DNA from: Vulcanimicrobiota bacterium
GTDB lineage: Bacteria > Vulcanimicrobiota > Vulcanimicrobiia > Vulcanimicrobiales > Vulcanimicrobiaceae
Assembly: GCA_963714015.1 (NCBI GenBank)
Contig: OY970223.1
Location: 320,001 to 384,000 of the forward strand
Length of the DNA stretch: 64,000 bases
Direction: 5' to 3'
In this document: piece by piece, positions 1-10,910 of the stretch
Layout: each line of letters begins with the position of its first letter
Position numbering within the stretch: position 1 is the first letter of the stretch
Notes under the pieces: model-generated
Database searches by the model: none
What the model saw: the letters and a program-made list of their open reading frames with translations, nothing else
What the model was told of the DNA's origin: nothing
Position numbers and translations under genes: made by a program

Positions 1-1784
1 GTGACGATCGAACTGCGAAACCAGCCGCGGTATTGGTCGCCGCCTTCCAGTACCAAATCACTCGGCCACGGAATGCCGTCCTTGCCGAGCACCGCCAAAT
101 GCGTTACGCCGGACTCGAACCAGATGTCGACGATGTTTTTCTCTTTCTCGAAGCGGTTGCGGCCGCATTTGGGGCAGCGGAATCCCGGCGGAAGAAAGAC
201 GTCCAGCGGGTCGCTCCACCACGTGTCGGCGCCGAACTCGCGAAAGTGTTTGGCAGCGTTGCGGGCGACGTGCGCATCGAGCACCGACTCGTTGCATCCA
301 AGGCACACGACCGCGGGAATCGGCGTACCCCAGGTTCGTTGACGCGAGATGCACCACTCCGGGTGATTCTCGAGCATCTGCTCGATGCGGTTCTCGCCCC
401 ATGCCGGCGTCCAGTCGACGTCGCGAATGTTTTCGATCGTCCGTTTGCGCAAGCGGTTCTGATCCATCGCGATGAACCACTGGGCCGTCGCGCGGAAGAT
501 CACCGGATTATGGCACCGCCAGCAGTGCGGATAACTATGCGTGATTTCGAACGCGTTCCAAAGCGCTCCGCTCGCACGCAGATCCTCGACGATCTTGGGA
601 TTTGCCTTCCAGATGTGCATGCCGGCGTAGGGACCGGCTTCATCCGTGAAAACCCCGCGCGCATCGACGGGATTGAGAATCGGCAGATTGAACCGCAGGC
701 CGGTGTCGAAGTCGTCGGCGCCATGTCCGGGAGCGGTGTGTACGACGCCCGTGCCCGTTTCCAAATCGACGTAATCCGCGGTAACGACGTCCGAATCGCG
801 ATCCATGAAAGGATGCCGCACCGCCAGGCCGCTGAGTGCGTCGCCGCGGGCAGAACCGAGTTTCTTGAACTGACCGAAGTGCTCGCCCAGCGCCGGTGCT
901 GCGAGCGCCTCCGCGACGATGAATGCATCCTCGCCGTGAGTGTACAGGCCGTAGTCCGCGTCGGGTTTGAGCGCGACGGCCACATTAGCGGGCAAGGTCC
1001 ACGGCGTCGTGGTCCAGATCAAGAAAGACACCCGTTGGGGCACCGCCGCCAACGCCTCCAACGCCTCTCTCGAGCTTCCCAGCCGGCTCAAAAGAGCGAC
1101 GCGCTGCTGGGCGGAGGCTGAAAAGCGCACGTAGATCGACGGCGAGACTTTCTCGCTATACTCGATCTCGGCTTCGGCGAGCGCGGTTTGATCGTGCACG
1201 CACCACAACGTCGAGCGCAGGCCCTTGTAGATTTGACCGCTCTGCGCCAAATCGGCGAGCGCATCGACGATCGTTCCTTCGAACTGCGGATCGATTGTGC
1301 GGTAGGGTTTCTCCCACGTTCCGAAGTTGCCCATGCGCATGCGCGTGCCGCGCTGCTGATCGAGCCAGTAGAGGGCGCGTTCCTTGCACTTGTTGCGCAA
1401 ATCGATGGGATCGATGTCGTGAAAATCTTTGATCTTCAAGTGCTTGAGCGTCTCGAATTCGATCGGAAGCCCGTGCATATCCCAGCCCGGCACGAACTTC
1501 GCCCAGCGGCCGTCGAGAAGGGCAATCTTCACGAACACGTCTTTTAAGACCATGTTCAGAAAGTGGCCCATGTGCAGCTGACCGTTCGCATACGGAGGAC
1601 CGTCGTGCAAAATCCACGGCTCGCGCGATTTGTTGCGCGCCAAGCGCCGCTCGTACGTGCGATGCTGCTCCCACCACGCTACGCGATCGGGTTCGCGTTT
1701 GGGTAAATCGGCTTTCATCGGAAAGCTCGTCACCGGAAGGTTGAGCGTATCGCGGTAGTCCCGCTGCGCGGTCGTATCGGTCAT
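1..1784 (-). CDS. ileS: Isoleucyl-tRNA synthetase, N-terminal part; runs off the window edge
   Basis: Absent from the ORF track (no stop). Manual translation from ATG 1784: MTDTTAQRDYRDTLNLPVTSFPMKADLPKREP...LHDGPPYANGQLHMGH (HIGH-like), GWDMHGLPIE, WTTTPWTLPAN, GTGVVHTAPGHG, WCISRQRTWG, EGGDQYRGWF. Confidence 0.96.
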   Translation of the reverse strand, partial: MTDTTAQRDYRDTLNLPVTSFPMKADLPKREPDRVAWWEQHRTYERRLARNKSREPWILHDGPPYANGQLHMGHFLNMVLKDVFVKIALLDGRWAKFVPGWDMHGLPIEFETLKHLKIKDFHDIDPIDLRNKCKERALYWLDQQRGTRMRMGNFGTWEKPYRTIDPQFEGTIVDALADLAQSGQIYKGLRSTLWCVHDQTALAEAEIEYSEKVSPSIYVRFSASAQQRVALLSRLGSSREALEALAAVPQRVSFLIWTTTPWTLPANVAVALKPDADYGLYTHGEDAFIVAEALAAPALGEHFGQFKKLGSARGDALSGLAVRHPFMDRDSDVVTADYVDLETGTGVVHTAPGHGADDFDTGLRFNLPILNPVDARGVFTDEAGPYAGMHIWKANPKIVEDLRASGALWNAFEITHSYPHCWRCHNPVIFRATAQWFIAMDQNRLRKRTIENIRDVDWTPAWGENRIEQMLENHPEWCISRQRTWGTPIPAVVCLGCNESVLDAHVARNAAKHFREFGADTWWSDPLDVFLPPGFRCPKCGRNRFEKEKNIVDIWFESGVTHLAVLGKDGIPWPSDLVLEGGDQYRGWFRSSIV

Positions 1785-2881
1785 AGTCCTCTCCCTTCGA
1801 CGACCTGGTCCAGAACGTCGAAGTTGCGGCGCGCCGCCGCGCGCAAACGTTCGCCGGCACCGAGAAGATGCGCGCGGAGCGACTCGCGCTCGTTCCAGAG
1901 CCGGTCTACGAGCGTGTCGGCTGCTTCTGCGCTGGGTCTGCCCGCCTGTGAGTCGGGCAGAATCAGCGGCGGCAGCGGGTATTCCAGATCTTCGCAAAGA
2001 GCCGAGACTTTCGGATCGTACGGAATCGCGAGAAACGGCACACCATAGCGGGCCGCGAGAATCAGCGCGTGCAGTCGCATGCCGATCACGGCTTTCGCTT
2101 CGCGGATGATGTTGGCTGCTCGCGCGAGCGTGCACTCCGGCAAGAGTACCGGCGCGCTTTTGCACTTACGGATGATCTGGGTCGAGATTTCCGCATCCGG
2201 CGCCCCGCCAAGCGGCAAGAACGCGACCCGTGCGGCGTACCGGTCCGAGAGACGATCGACCGCTCGAACGACCACATCCATGCGATCCCGCATGCTGCTC
2301 GCTTTTCGAACGCTGACGACCACCAGCGGATCGCTTCCCGCGCCCAGCCCCTCGGCCGTCAGGTCGACGTCTTGTTCGGGAACATCGTAAAGAAAGACCG
2401 GATCTGCCGTGTGCTCCACGCGGGCCTCCGGAAGAATCGATGACAGCAGCCCCTGCGATCGCGCGTCGCGCACCGTTGCGGCGTCGATGCCTTTGCAGCA
2501 CTCCTTGACGATCGTCTTTCCCCAAAAATCCAGCGGACCGATCGATTGCGCAAAGATCATGGCGCCGCGGTCAGCCGCCGCGGCGGCTCGAATAATTCCG
2601 GCATAATAGACCAAACTTCGTAAGCTGGTGGCATTTTGAAGCAGGCCTCCGCCGCCCGACAGCACAACGTCGGCGCGCCGAATTGAGGCGCGGACCGCCT
2701 TGGCATCCCAGCGCGGCGTTGCTTCAACCCGCAATTCGTGCGCCGTGTCCGGGGCATTTGCGGACAGCACGTCGATCTCGGCGTACGGATGGCGCGTCCG
2801 CAGTTGCGAGACGATTACCTCGAGCAGCGCTTCATCGCCCAAATTCCCAAACCCGTAATATCCGCTAATGAGAAAACGCAC
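1781..2881 (-). CDS. csaB: Polysaccharide pyruvyl transferase CsaB
   Basis: ISGYYGFGNLGDEA, SGGGGLLQNATS, GMRLHALI and YDPKV motifs; stop overlaps the ileS start (ATGA). Confidence 0.92.
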   Translation of the reverse strand: MRFLISGYYGFGNLGDEALLEVIVSQLRTRHPYAEIDVLSANAPDTAHELRVEATPRWDAKAVRASIRRADVVLSGGGGLLQNATSLRSLVYYAGIIRAAAAADRGAMIFAQSIGPLDFWGKTIVKECCKGIDAATVRDARSQGLLSSILPEARVEHTADPVFLYDVPEQDVDLTAEGLGAGSDPLVVVSVRKASSMRDRMDVVVRAVDRLSDRYAARVAFLPLGGAPDAEISTQIIRKCKSAPVLLPECTLARAANIIREAKAVIGMRLHALILAARYGVPFLAIPYDPKVSALCEDLEYPLPPLILPDSQAGRPSAEAADTLVDRLWNERESLRAHLLGAGERLRAAARRNFDVLDQVVEGRGL

Positions 2882-4873
2882 GATCGGCCCACCGGTATAC
2901 TACAACGGCAATCGCACCGATAATTACGCCGATTACCAAACCGTTGAAGACCCGCAGGAGTGAGATGAGCAGCGGCGTGTGAATGTGTGAAAACGTGTCG
3001 ATGACGTCGCCGATTCCGACACCGATGCCCAGCGCCAGCAATATTCCTACAGCTCGGCGATGCTCGCGCCGCAGGGCAGGCAACAGCATAAGCAGCGGAA
3101 ATCCAATCACGAATTCTTTGAAGCGCGGCCGAACGCTCAGCAATTCGGTGAGGTGATGCCGCAGCGCGAGTTCGAAGTTCGACGGTGCGATGTCGCTTTG
3201 ATTGCCGCTCCGAACCAGGACGAGCGCCCCGATGCCGAGCACTGCGCACGCCAGCAGCAGCTGATAGACGCGAATCGGCGCAGTAAAGGCGTCACGCGGC
3301 GTCTGGATTCCGGAATCGAAACGATCGGTAAACAGGTAGACGGCGAGCGCTATGAGCGGCGGCAGCGCAAGGACCAGTTTCACGCCGCGAAATGGTTCGA
3401 CTTCCTCCATCACGAGCGGTGAACTCATCAAGCCTACGACGGTGAGCGCGCCCAAAAGCGCGACGCCGGTTGCAGCAAGCGTCCAAAGAACGCTGCTGCC
3501 CAGCACCGGCCCTGTTCGGGTTTCGGGATCGCGAGAAAAGGCCGGAGCCAGTACGGTGAATGCGGCCGCTGCAAAAAGTAGCGCGCCGCAGAGGGCGATG
3601 ATCGATCGTGCCGAGCAGGTCGTGTCCCGAAAGCAATCCGCCCAGATAAACACCAATCGTCCCCGCGTACGCCACGATCGCCCACGACGGTCGATACCAC
3701 CCGAACCACCCGAGAAGCAGCACAAAGATCGACGGAACGGCCAAAGCGCCTATCCCGACCAAAACGCGGTTGTTTCCCCGGTACAGCGGGACGGGGGCGG
3801 CACGTCCCAGCCGAAATCCGTGGGCGCGCAGATCGGACGCGAGCTCCTTCACGATCTCGACGTTGGTCTTCTCGATCGACATTTTGTTGTATTGATGCTC
3901 GAACGGACGCAAATAGACGACGCGTACGTTGCGCTCGCGCACCCCCAGCTCGTAGCGCGCGACGATTTGCGGCACCGTCGAGCTTGTCCAGCTCGAGCTT
4001 GCTGATCGCCTGTACGCGGACCGTCTGTCCCGGAATCTCGCGAGCGAGTTCGTCGTTGCCCTTTTGCACTTGACCGGCGTCGTACGTTTCGATTTCGCCG
4101 AAATTCGTCGCCTTGCGCGCTTTGAATACCGCCGCGGTGTCGGCAACGTGGTCCGGGAAACCGAGCACTTGATTGCGCAGACCGAAGAAAATTACCGTCG
4201 AGATCCACTTGCCGGCATGGAGATCGTCGAACATCTGGGCGATCTGACCATCCTGCAGCCGCTCGTCGTTCTGGAATCGCGGAATGACGAAGAATCCCAG
4301 CTTGCGAGCGAGTTGTACTTGGTCGCCCGGAATACCCAACGACGTCGAATTGAAGAAGTCGCTCTGCGTGCGCAGGGCGATGACGTACGGCACGCTTGCG
4401 TGCAGTACCCGGATTCCGGATCGCTCGTAGTGCAGCGGCAACTGCTGAAGGTACCGGTCGAACGCCGGTTTGTCGTACACGAGCAGGTAGACCGACCCGG
4501 AGCGCACCATACCGCGGCGCACCAGATCCGCGAGGGTCGGATTTGCGATCGAAGAAACGCGCGCGGCGTCGTTCAGCGCTATTCCGGAGATCGCATAGGC
4601 CGTCGGGCTGGCCGATCCGCTCAACGAACTACCAAGTTCCTCGGATAAGGCAAGCGAGGTAAGGCCCGCGCGACGCAGCTGCACCAACAGATCGACCGGC
4701 TTATAATTGTACGAACGCGTCAGCGCCAGAAAATCGTTGTAGTCCATCGCGATCTCGACGCGCTGGGTGCGCTGTTCGACCCGAAGACGAAACCCGGCGA
4801 CGCAGATGCAAGCCAACAGCCCGATGAAAAGCAAGAACGCGGCGTACCGCGTTCGGCGATCTATCCGATTCAC
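2865..4873 (-). CDS. DUF5693-like membrane protein (usual csaB neighbour), split by two +1 indels (~3979, ~3611)
   Basis: ORFs 3434..4954, 3292..4146 and 2865..3725 join: AMDYNDF...LTSLALSEE...ERNVRVVYLRPF...FRGVKL...RSGN...VRPRFKEFVIGFP...DTFSHIHTPL. GTG start at 4873. Confidence 0.75.
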
Positions 4874-4891
4874 GAGCCCTGCACTTCGAGC

Positions 4892-4925
4892 AAAAAACAG
4901 GAAGGCCCGCCGTAGGCGAGCCTTC
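4892..4925 (-). terminator. Intrinsic terminator ~20 nt upstream of the DUF5693 start
   Basis: Minus strand GAAGGCTCGC-CTACG-GCGGGCCTTC followed by CTGTTTTTTG (10-bp stem, one G-U pair). Confidence 0.75.
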
Positions 4926-5008
4926 ACTGCCGTCGCGTATGCGGTTTCCCGCATACCGGGTGTGGGCGACGTCTTTTCGCAGCGCTCGCAGCACAGCCCA
5001 CAAGATTT
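4892..5008 (-). ncRNA. Candidate structured leader RNA or sRNA of unknown family
   Basis: Stems TGTGGGC/GCCCACA, CGCTGC/GCAGTG, GTATGCGG-GAAA-CCGCATAC, then the terminator; -10-like TACACT at 5020-5015. Confidence 0.45.
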
Positions 5009-5072
5009 GCGGCGAGTGTACAGGGCATTGGCGCGAAGGGGAAGACGCCCCTGCGCAGTTTCCTATGCCTGC

Positions 5073-5861
5073 TCAAATATTAACAGAACTTTCTTCGTGC
5101 CGCCACCGTGCCGTTCGTCTCTCTAAAAAGGCCCCGATGCCCTCTTGGGCATCCGCTTCCAGGGCATTCCGTACCATGACCCCCTTCGCGTAGCGGTACG
5201 CGTCGGCTTGATCCATCTCGATCTGCCGGTAGAACGCGGATTTTCCCAGAGAGAGGACCAACCGGCTTGCCTCGGCGATTTTGTGCGCCAATTTCATGGC
5301 CTGCTCGTGCAGCTCGGCAGCAGGAACGACCCGGTTGACGAGTCCCCATTCAGCAGCTGTTTGCGCGTCGACAAAATCGCCCGTCAGCAACATTTCCATC
5401 GCGCGTTTTCTTCCCACGGCGCGCGTCAGCGCAACCATCGGCGTCGAGCAGAACAGTCCTATCCGCACACCCGGCGCAGCGAACTTCGCCTCCGTTGCCG
5501 CTACCGCCAAATCGCACGTCGCCACGAGCTGGCAACCGGCGGCGGTGGCAACCGTGGCAACTTCGGCGATCACCGGTTGCGGAATGCCCTGAATCGTTTC
5601 CATTAGTCGAACGCAGACGTCGAAGATCTCGTCGTAAGCCGCAACGTCACCGCACTGCAGCTCCCGCAGGTCGTGCCCCGCGCTGAAAGCCGGCCCTTCG
5701 GCCCGAAGAATTGCGACCGGAACATCGCGTTCTTCGGCGATCTCCTCGAATGCCGCAATCAATTCGCGCATGACGTCGAGCGAAAGCGCGTTGCGCTTCT
5801 CCGGGCGATTCATCGTGAGGACCGCGATGCCGTCTTCGCGGGTCATGGATACGTTCTGCAT
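5073..5861 (-). CDS. Enoyl-CoA hydratase/crotonase family protein
   Basis: MNRPEKRNAL, AFSAGHDLREL, ATAAGCQLVATCDL, GLFCSTP; start set at MQNVS. Confidence 0.9.
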   Translation of the reverse strand: MQNVSMTREDGIAVLTMNRPEKRNALSLDVMRELIAAFEEIAEERDVPVAILRAEGPAFSAGHDLRELQCGDVAAYDEIFDVCVRLMETIQGIPQPVIAEVATVATAAGCQLVATCDLAVAATEAKFAAPGVRIGLFCSTPMVALTRAVGRKRAMEMLLTGDFVDAQTAAEWGLVNRVVPAAELHEQAMKLAHKIAEASRLVLSLGKSAFYRQIEMDQADAYRYAKGVMVRNALEADAQEGIGAFLERRTARWRHEESSVNI

Positions 5862-5982
5862 GATTTGAACGGCTTCGGCGACGCGCCCGAGTTTCCGTTC
5901 AAAAAATGATGCCGCCCTCACCGAAGGTAGTGCAAAAGACACTCTTTTACGCCCATGGCGGCTCTGGTATCGTAACAGCGTG

Positions 5983-7574
5983 ATGCGCCTAGCTGAAAAA
6001 TGCACAACTGGCTGCTATTTTGCCCGTGCTCGTGCTTTGGTCGTGCAGCGGGACGAGCCACAGCTTGCCTTCCACGCCGGCGACTCAGACGGCGCGCAAC
6101 GCTCCTCTCCGAACGGCCGCGGGCAGGCCGGTGAGCCAGACCGACTGGGATTCGTTCGCATACGACCTTCAGCGCACGGGCTACAATTCGCGTGAAACCA
6201 TGGTGGGGCCAAGTAACGTGGGATCGCTGCAGAAGCTTTGGTCTCTCAACGTCGGTGTATTGCCCATGCGCGAGCCCGCATTGGCAAGCAACGTCACCGT
6301 AAAAGGACAACCAACGAACGTCCTTTACGTCGGCTCGAACGACGGAGCCACGCTGGACGCCCTCAACGCTCGGACGGGTGCCGCGATCTGGCAGCAGCCC
6401 ATTCCGCCCCTTTCATATAAATGTGATGGTGTCGGCATGTCGCGTCAGTGGTCGGACGGCGCGACGCCCGCCATCGATCGTAAGACCGGCCGAATTTACG
6501 TCGCCGACGGTCTGGGAAAGATCCATGCATTCTCCCTCGCAACCGGTGACGCGGTCGCGGGCTGGCCGATCTTAGTCTGCTAACAGCGAGAGCGGCCACG
6601 ACCTGATCCATTCCGGCCTCACGTACAACTCGGCCAACGGAATGCTCTACGTGGAAACGAGCTCGCCCTGCGACTGGACGCCGTGGCGCGGACGCATCGT
6701 CGCGATCGACACGGCGACCCGCAAAGTCGTTCGAACGTTCTATATCGTCACCCAAGCCGGACACCCGCTGCAAGGCGGCGGCGGAATTTGGGCGAGCGGA
6801 GGCGCTTCAATCGATCCCGGCACCAACGACGTATTGATCTCCACCGGAAACGCGGACGCATCCGTCGGGTTGCCGCAGAATTACGATTACGCTGAGAACG
6901 TCGTCGAGTTGTCGCCTGACTTGAGCTCCGTCGTAGCGGCGAATTATCCGGCGAACATTCCGCACATCGAAGGCATGGACGATTTCGACTTCGGCTCGAC
7001 GCCGGTGATATTCACGCCGCCGGGATGTCCGGAAATGACTGCGGCTTTGAACAAGTCCGGAATGTTCGAATTGTACGACGTCTCAACGATCTCCGACGGC
7101 CCGGTCCAATACGTGCAAATGTCGATTTCGACCGACAGCGGAGATTTTCAAAATGAGGTCGTCTACGATCCGGTCACGAACTATCTCTACATCGGATTAC
7201 CGGCGACGTTCAGCATTTACAAGCCGGGGTTGGGCGCCTTCGCCATGCAGTCCAACTGTACGATAAATCCGACGCCCGTCTGGAACGCGGATTTCGGCCC
7301 GGACGGTGCGACGTCCAAGAGCGTGCCGCGGTCGTCCGTTACCGCGGCGAACGGCGTCGTCTACGTGAGCAATTCGACCGGCGACACCGAATTTGCATTC
7401 AACGCGCAGTCCGGCTCGCAGCTCTGGAGCACGCCGCTTGCAGGGGTCGGCAAACCCGGTACGATTGTCGCAAACGGCATTGTGTACGTTATGGACAATT
7501 CCGGAAATCTCACGGCTTGGGGCCTTCCTTCCGAGAGCAGCGTCCCCGCTCTGCCGCAGCTCGTTCAGCACTAA
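5983..7574 (+). CDS. Lipoprotein with PQQ-type beta-propeller repeats; two +1 indels (~5995, ~6576)
   Basis: Lipobox LWSC; LDALNARTGAAIW, GGGIWASGG, DDFDFGSTP, AFNAQSGSQLW. ORFs 6020..6583 and 6642..7574 join when one T is removed at 6576. Confidence 0.75.
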
Positions 7575-7599
7575 ACGCGAATTCCGGATCGAAGAAAAG

Positions 7600-7676
7600 T
7601 GGTGGGCGATGACGGGCTCGAACCGCCGACATCCTCCTTGTAAGGGAGGCGCTCTCCCAGCTCGAGCTAATCGCCC
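7600..7676 (-). tRNA. tRNA-Val(TAC) with encoded CCA
   Basis: GGGCGATTAGCTCGAGCTGGGAGAGCGCCTCCCTTACAAGGAGGATGTCGGCGGTTCGAGCCCGTCATCGCCCACCA: acceptor GGGCGAT/ATCGCCC, anticodon arm CCTCC-CTTACAA-GGAGG, TTCGA T-loop. One extra G in the D arm is probably an error. Confidence 0.95.
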
Positions 7677-7844
7677 GTGGCTCTATTCTATATACGTTTT
7701 TCCGTCGTGCGCGATTTTGGGCGCATCCTAGACCCTCGCCATTACCCTTGTGCCACTCAAATGACATCTGCGCGGGCCCATGGGAGACGCCTAGCTTGTC
7801 CGCGGCGCGACGCTTAGCCTCTCGCGCTCTTTTCGACGCGTCTG

Positions 7845-8192
7845 ATGGCAGCGAGGACGGGCGGCGCGGGGCCGGAATTTCGTCGCATGTACTTTAGCGG
7901 CAGCGACGGCCGTCCGGAGGGCACGCGGAGCGACGTCAAGACTGAGAAGTGCCCAAAGTGCGGAAGCGCCCACATTCGTCGAATCGCTTATGGATTTCCC
8001 GGGCCCGACGCGGACGAAGCGACGGAGCATGGCACGATCGCTATGGGCGGGTGCGTGATAGACGCGCGTTCGCGCGAATGGGAATGCGCGGATTGCAACG
8101 TCACGTTCAACGACGGCGGCGCCGACATGCTCGAGCCGATCGATTATCGTCCGGAATGGGTCCGCCGGCAACAGCAAGGTCCAGATGAATGA
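7845..8192 (+). CDS. Small zinc-ribbon-like hypothetical protein
   Basis: CPKCGS...IAYGFP...GGCVI...WECADC; start uncertain. Confidence 0.6.
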   Translation: MAARTGGAGPEFRRMYFSGSDGRPEGTRSDVKTEKCPKCGSAHIRRIAYGFPGPDADEATEHGTIAMGGCVIDARSREWECADCNVTFNDGGADMLEPIDYRPEWVRRQQQGPDE

Positions 8193-8595
8193 TGAGTCCT
8201 TCGTCGGCGTTGTACTTAACAACGCAAGCCGCTACGATATCGGGACGCTCGAGAAGATCATACACGGTTTAAACGATAACATCGCCGGCTGGCGATGGGG
8301 AAAACCGCCTGGACTCAAAGTCGGCACCAACATTGAAGCAATTCTGTTCGACGCACCAAGTTTCGTACAGTACGGCACCGTCGTCCGCTTATCTCCGAAG
8401 GGCTGTAAGATTGAAAGCCCCGGATCGTGCCGCGCGGCATGCGCTTCTAACGTATCGAGCCACGTCAGGGATCGACTGTGGTCGAAACGGCGCAGACTAG
8501 GTAATGCGACTTTGCATGGATTGCGCTATAATGACAACATGCTTTGCATGATCGATCAGAGCTTGCATGTGGCCACGCTGGCGATCCGCACTTAG
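8185..8595 (+). CDS. Hypothetical protein, possibly truncated
   Basis: Start overlaps the previous stop; N-terminal half looks globular; no recognised motif. Confidence 0.3.
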   Translation: MNDESFVGVVLNNASRYDIGTLEKIIHGLNDNIAGWRWGKPPGLKVGTNIEAILFDAPSFVQYGTVVRLSPKGCKIESPGSCRAACASNVSSHVRDRLWSKRRRLGNATLHGLRYNDNMLCMIDQSLHVATLAIRT

Positions 8596-10420
8596 CAACG
8601 CTTCGGAACTCCGTATAGCGCGGGCGACTTGGCGCAGTTTTCTATTGATACTTTGCACCGGCGCCATAGTTTTTACGCTCGGCGTTATCGTTGACAAAAC
8701 CGGCTTCCCTGGAGTTCAGCCGTGGTATGGAGTATGGGGAACGAATTTTAATTTCACTTCCTCGCCCCTGACCGTCGACGTGATTGCCGTCGATCCGGAT
8801 GGCCCCAGCGGACGGGCCGGCCTTCGCAGCGGTGATATTCTCGATCTTAGCCGGAATTCGGCCGTAGAACGTTACGGCATATACGCGCAGCCCTTGAGCG
8901 GGCGGCCCGTTACGTTGCTGGTTCGTCGCGGTAACCAATCGAAGCGGATAACCGTCGTACCCGCCAGCTTAGTTTGGGGGCGGCACGGGCTACGGTGGTT
9001 CAGTCTCATCTTGACGTTTGGGACTCTCGCGCTGCTTCTATTGGCCGGCCTGATCTTGTGGCGCCGGCCGAATGCCCCGGGGAATCTTTTTCTAGCGGCG
9101 GCGCTCATCTTTTATGCGAATCCCGGAAACTTAGGCGCACCCTGGGCATGGCCTTACGCGATCAGCTTTTATTGGGCTGTTTTCCAAACGATCTCGCTCG
9201 CTTGCTGGGCCGCGTTTGCCGGCTGTTTTTCGCCACCGCCATCTAGACTTCGCCGAGCCGCTATATGGGTGTGCGTCGTCTTGGTCGGCGTGGACGTCGT
9301 ATTGGGCGCATACGGAGAAACTTTGCTCTTAGCCCGGTGGCCCGATTTGCTTAGCGCTCGCGTCCCCGCGCTCCAGTATTTGCCGCCGCTCGGACCGGCG
9401 GAAATTGTCGCCGCAATCATAGCTAGCGCCTTAGCAATTCGGGAATCGCACGGCAGTGAGCGGCAGCGAGCGGCCTGGTCGCTGACTTTTCTTGGGGTGA
9501 TTCTGGTAGCACCAACGGTTACCAATAATCTGCTCCTTCCGCAGCCATCGTATTCGGCATACATCCTCCTAGTAGCAATCGGCGACTCTATTCCCTTCAT
9601 CGCGGCAGTTCTGTTGACGTATATTGCGCTGAACCGGCGGCTCATCGATATCGGCTTCGCGTTGAACCGCACGCTCATTTTTGCAATCATAACGGCCATC
9701 GTAGTCGGCGCGTTCATCGTGGTTGAATGGGCGGCAAGTGAATGGCTCAAAGGAGCTACGCGCAGCACGAGTGCTATCGCCGGAATGGCCGTTGCGCTCG
9801 TGCTTGGTCTCTCGCTGCGTATGATTCACAAGTATGTGGATCACTTTGTCGATCGCGCGTTTTTTACTAAACGGCATGAAGATGAGGCAGCGTTGCGACG
9901 ATTCGCTCATGAATCGTCCTACATCACCGATCCGGACCTGTTGCTGGAGCGTGCTGTCGAGGAAGTCAAGCAGCATACGAACGTGACCGAAGCGACGATC
10001 CTTATTCGCGACGGATCCGCGATGTATGCGTCCGCGGGTAACGGCGTCGCAGAAGCGTTTAGCGAAAACGACCCTGCTTTGGTTTCCTTACGTGCGTGGG
10101 GAAAACCAGTCGACTTGCATACGGTTCGCAAATCGTCTCTGCACGGCGAACTGGCATTCCCAATGATTTCGCGCGGCACGCTTGTCGGCGCGCTCGTCTG
10201 CGGAATGAAGCGCGACGGTGAGATGTATGCGCCCGATGAAGCCGAAGCATTGTTCGCGCTCGCGCACGGGGTCGGCACGGCCTATGACACGCTTTCGAGC
10301 CGGGCGAACAACCCAAGCGCTCTCGTTCTCATCGAACTGGCAAAGGTGCGCGCCGAGGTGCGACAAGACCGTGACTTTATAATTCAAGAGCTGAAGCGCC
10401 TTTCCGGCCGATTCGAGTAG
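8567..10420 (+). CDS. Membrane sensor-like protein: PDZ + multiple TM helices + C-terminal GAF-like domain, no output domain
   Basis: VDPDGPSGRAGLRSGDIL (PDZ); many hydrophobic segments; RRLIDIGFALNR; LAFPMISRGTLVGALVCG...YAPDEAEAL (GAF-like). Confidence 0.8.
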   Translation: MWPRWRSALSNASELRIARATWRSFLLILCTGAIVFTLGVIVDKTGFPGVQPWYGVWGTNFNFTSSPLTVDVIAVDPDGPSGRAGLRSGDILDLSRNSAVERYGIYAQPLSGRPVTLLVRRGNQSKRITVVPASLVWGRHGLRWFSLILTFGTLALLLLAGLILWRRPNAPGNLFLAAALIFYANPGNLGAPWAWPYAISFYWAVFQTISLACWAAFAGCFSPPPSRLRRAAIWVCVVLVGVDVVLGAYGETLLLARWPDLLSARVPALQYLPPLGPAEIVAAIIASALAIRESHGSERQRAAWSLTFLGVILVAPTVTNNLLLPQPSYSAYILLVAIGDSIPFIAAVLLTYIALNRRLIDIGFALNRTLIFAIITAIVVGAFIVVEWAASEWLKGATRSTSAIAGMAVALVLGLSLRMIHKYVDHFVDRAFFTKRHEDEAALRRFAHESSYITDPDLLLERAVEEVKQHTNVTEATILIRDGSAMYASAGNGVAEAFSENDPALVSLRAWGKPVDLHTVRKSSLHGELAFPMISRGTLVGALVCGMKRDGEMYAPDEAEALFALAHGVGTAYDTLSSRANNPSALVLIELAKVRAEVRQDRDFIIQELKRLSGRFE

Positions 10421-10489
10421 ACCGATCCGACCCAGGAGGCGAAGCTGTAGCCTTGGGACTCGGCTTGTGCGCCTCAGTCTTCGGCGAGG

Positions 10490-10900
10490 TACCGGACGAG
10501 TGGGACGTCGTTGCGTGGAATTGCGCCGCCGAAGCAGTGTTTACCAATTTGATCGCGCAACCGGACGGGCGGCGCAATCTTCTTCGGATGATTTTCGACC
10601 CACGCGCGCGCACACGGATACCGAATTGGGAAGGCGTTGCACGTTTTGTCGTCGCGGCGTTTCGAACCGAGACAGCGAGAACAGTGCTTCTCGGCCCGTG
10701 CGAAGGAGTTGGTCGACGAGTTAAGCTTATCGTCTCCGGAATTCAGAAAGATGTGGCGCGTTCACGATGTCATCACGCACGGTGAGGGAACCAAATACAT
10801 CGCGCATCCGGAGATCGGCGCGATCACGATGGAGTATTCAGCGTTCGCCGTCGATGGAAAACCACATCTGAGTATGGTTGTGTACAATCCGGCAAGCGCA
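10490..10900 (+). pseudogene. Fragment of an MmyB-like transcriptional regulator (ligand-binding domain), frameshifted, HTH missing
   Basis: WDVVAWNCAA...RRNLLRMIF...NWEGVARFVVAAFR in one frame; LVDELSLSSPEFRKMWRVHDV...HPEIGAITMEY...LSMVVYNP in another. Confidence 0.65.
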
Positions 10901-10910
10901 GGGCAGCGCA

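Noticed and set aside
33..1547. Long plus-strand ORFs 33..1121 and 1188..1547
   Set aside because: Antisense shadows of ileS; most short overlapping track ORFs were rejected on the same grounds.
4890..5070. T-box, SAH, ZTP or canonical HDV assignment for the leader
   Set aside because: No UGGN antiterminator, no CAGGCUC/ACGGCGCUC pair, no GACUGGCG, and no HDV L3/P1.1 consensus.
7655..7670. Non-canonical D arm (G at position 14) in tRNA-Val
   Set aside because: The extra base lies between two AGCT sites and matches the error pattern seen elsewhere.
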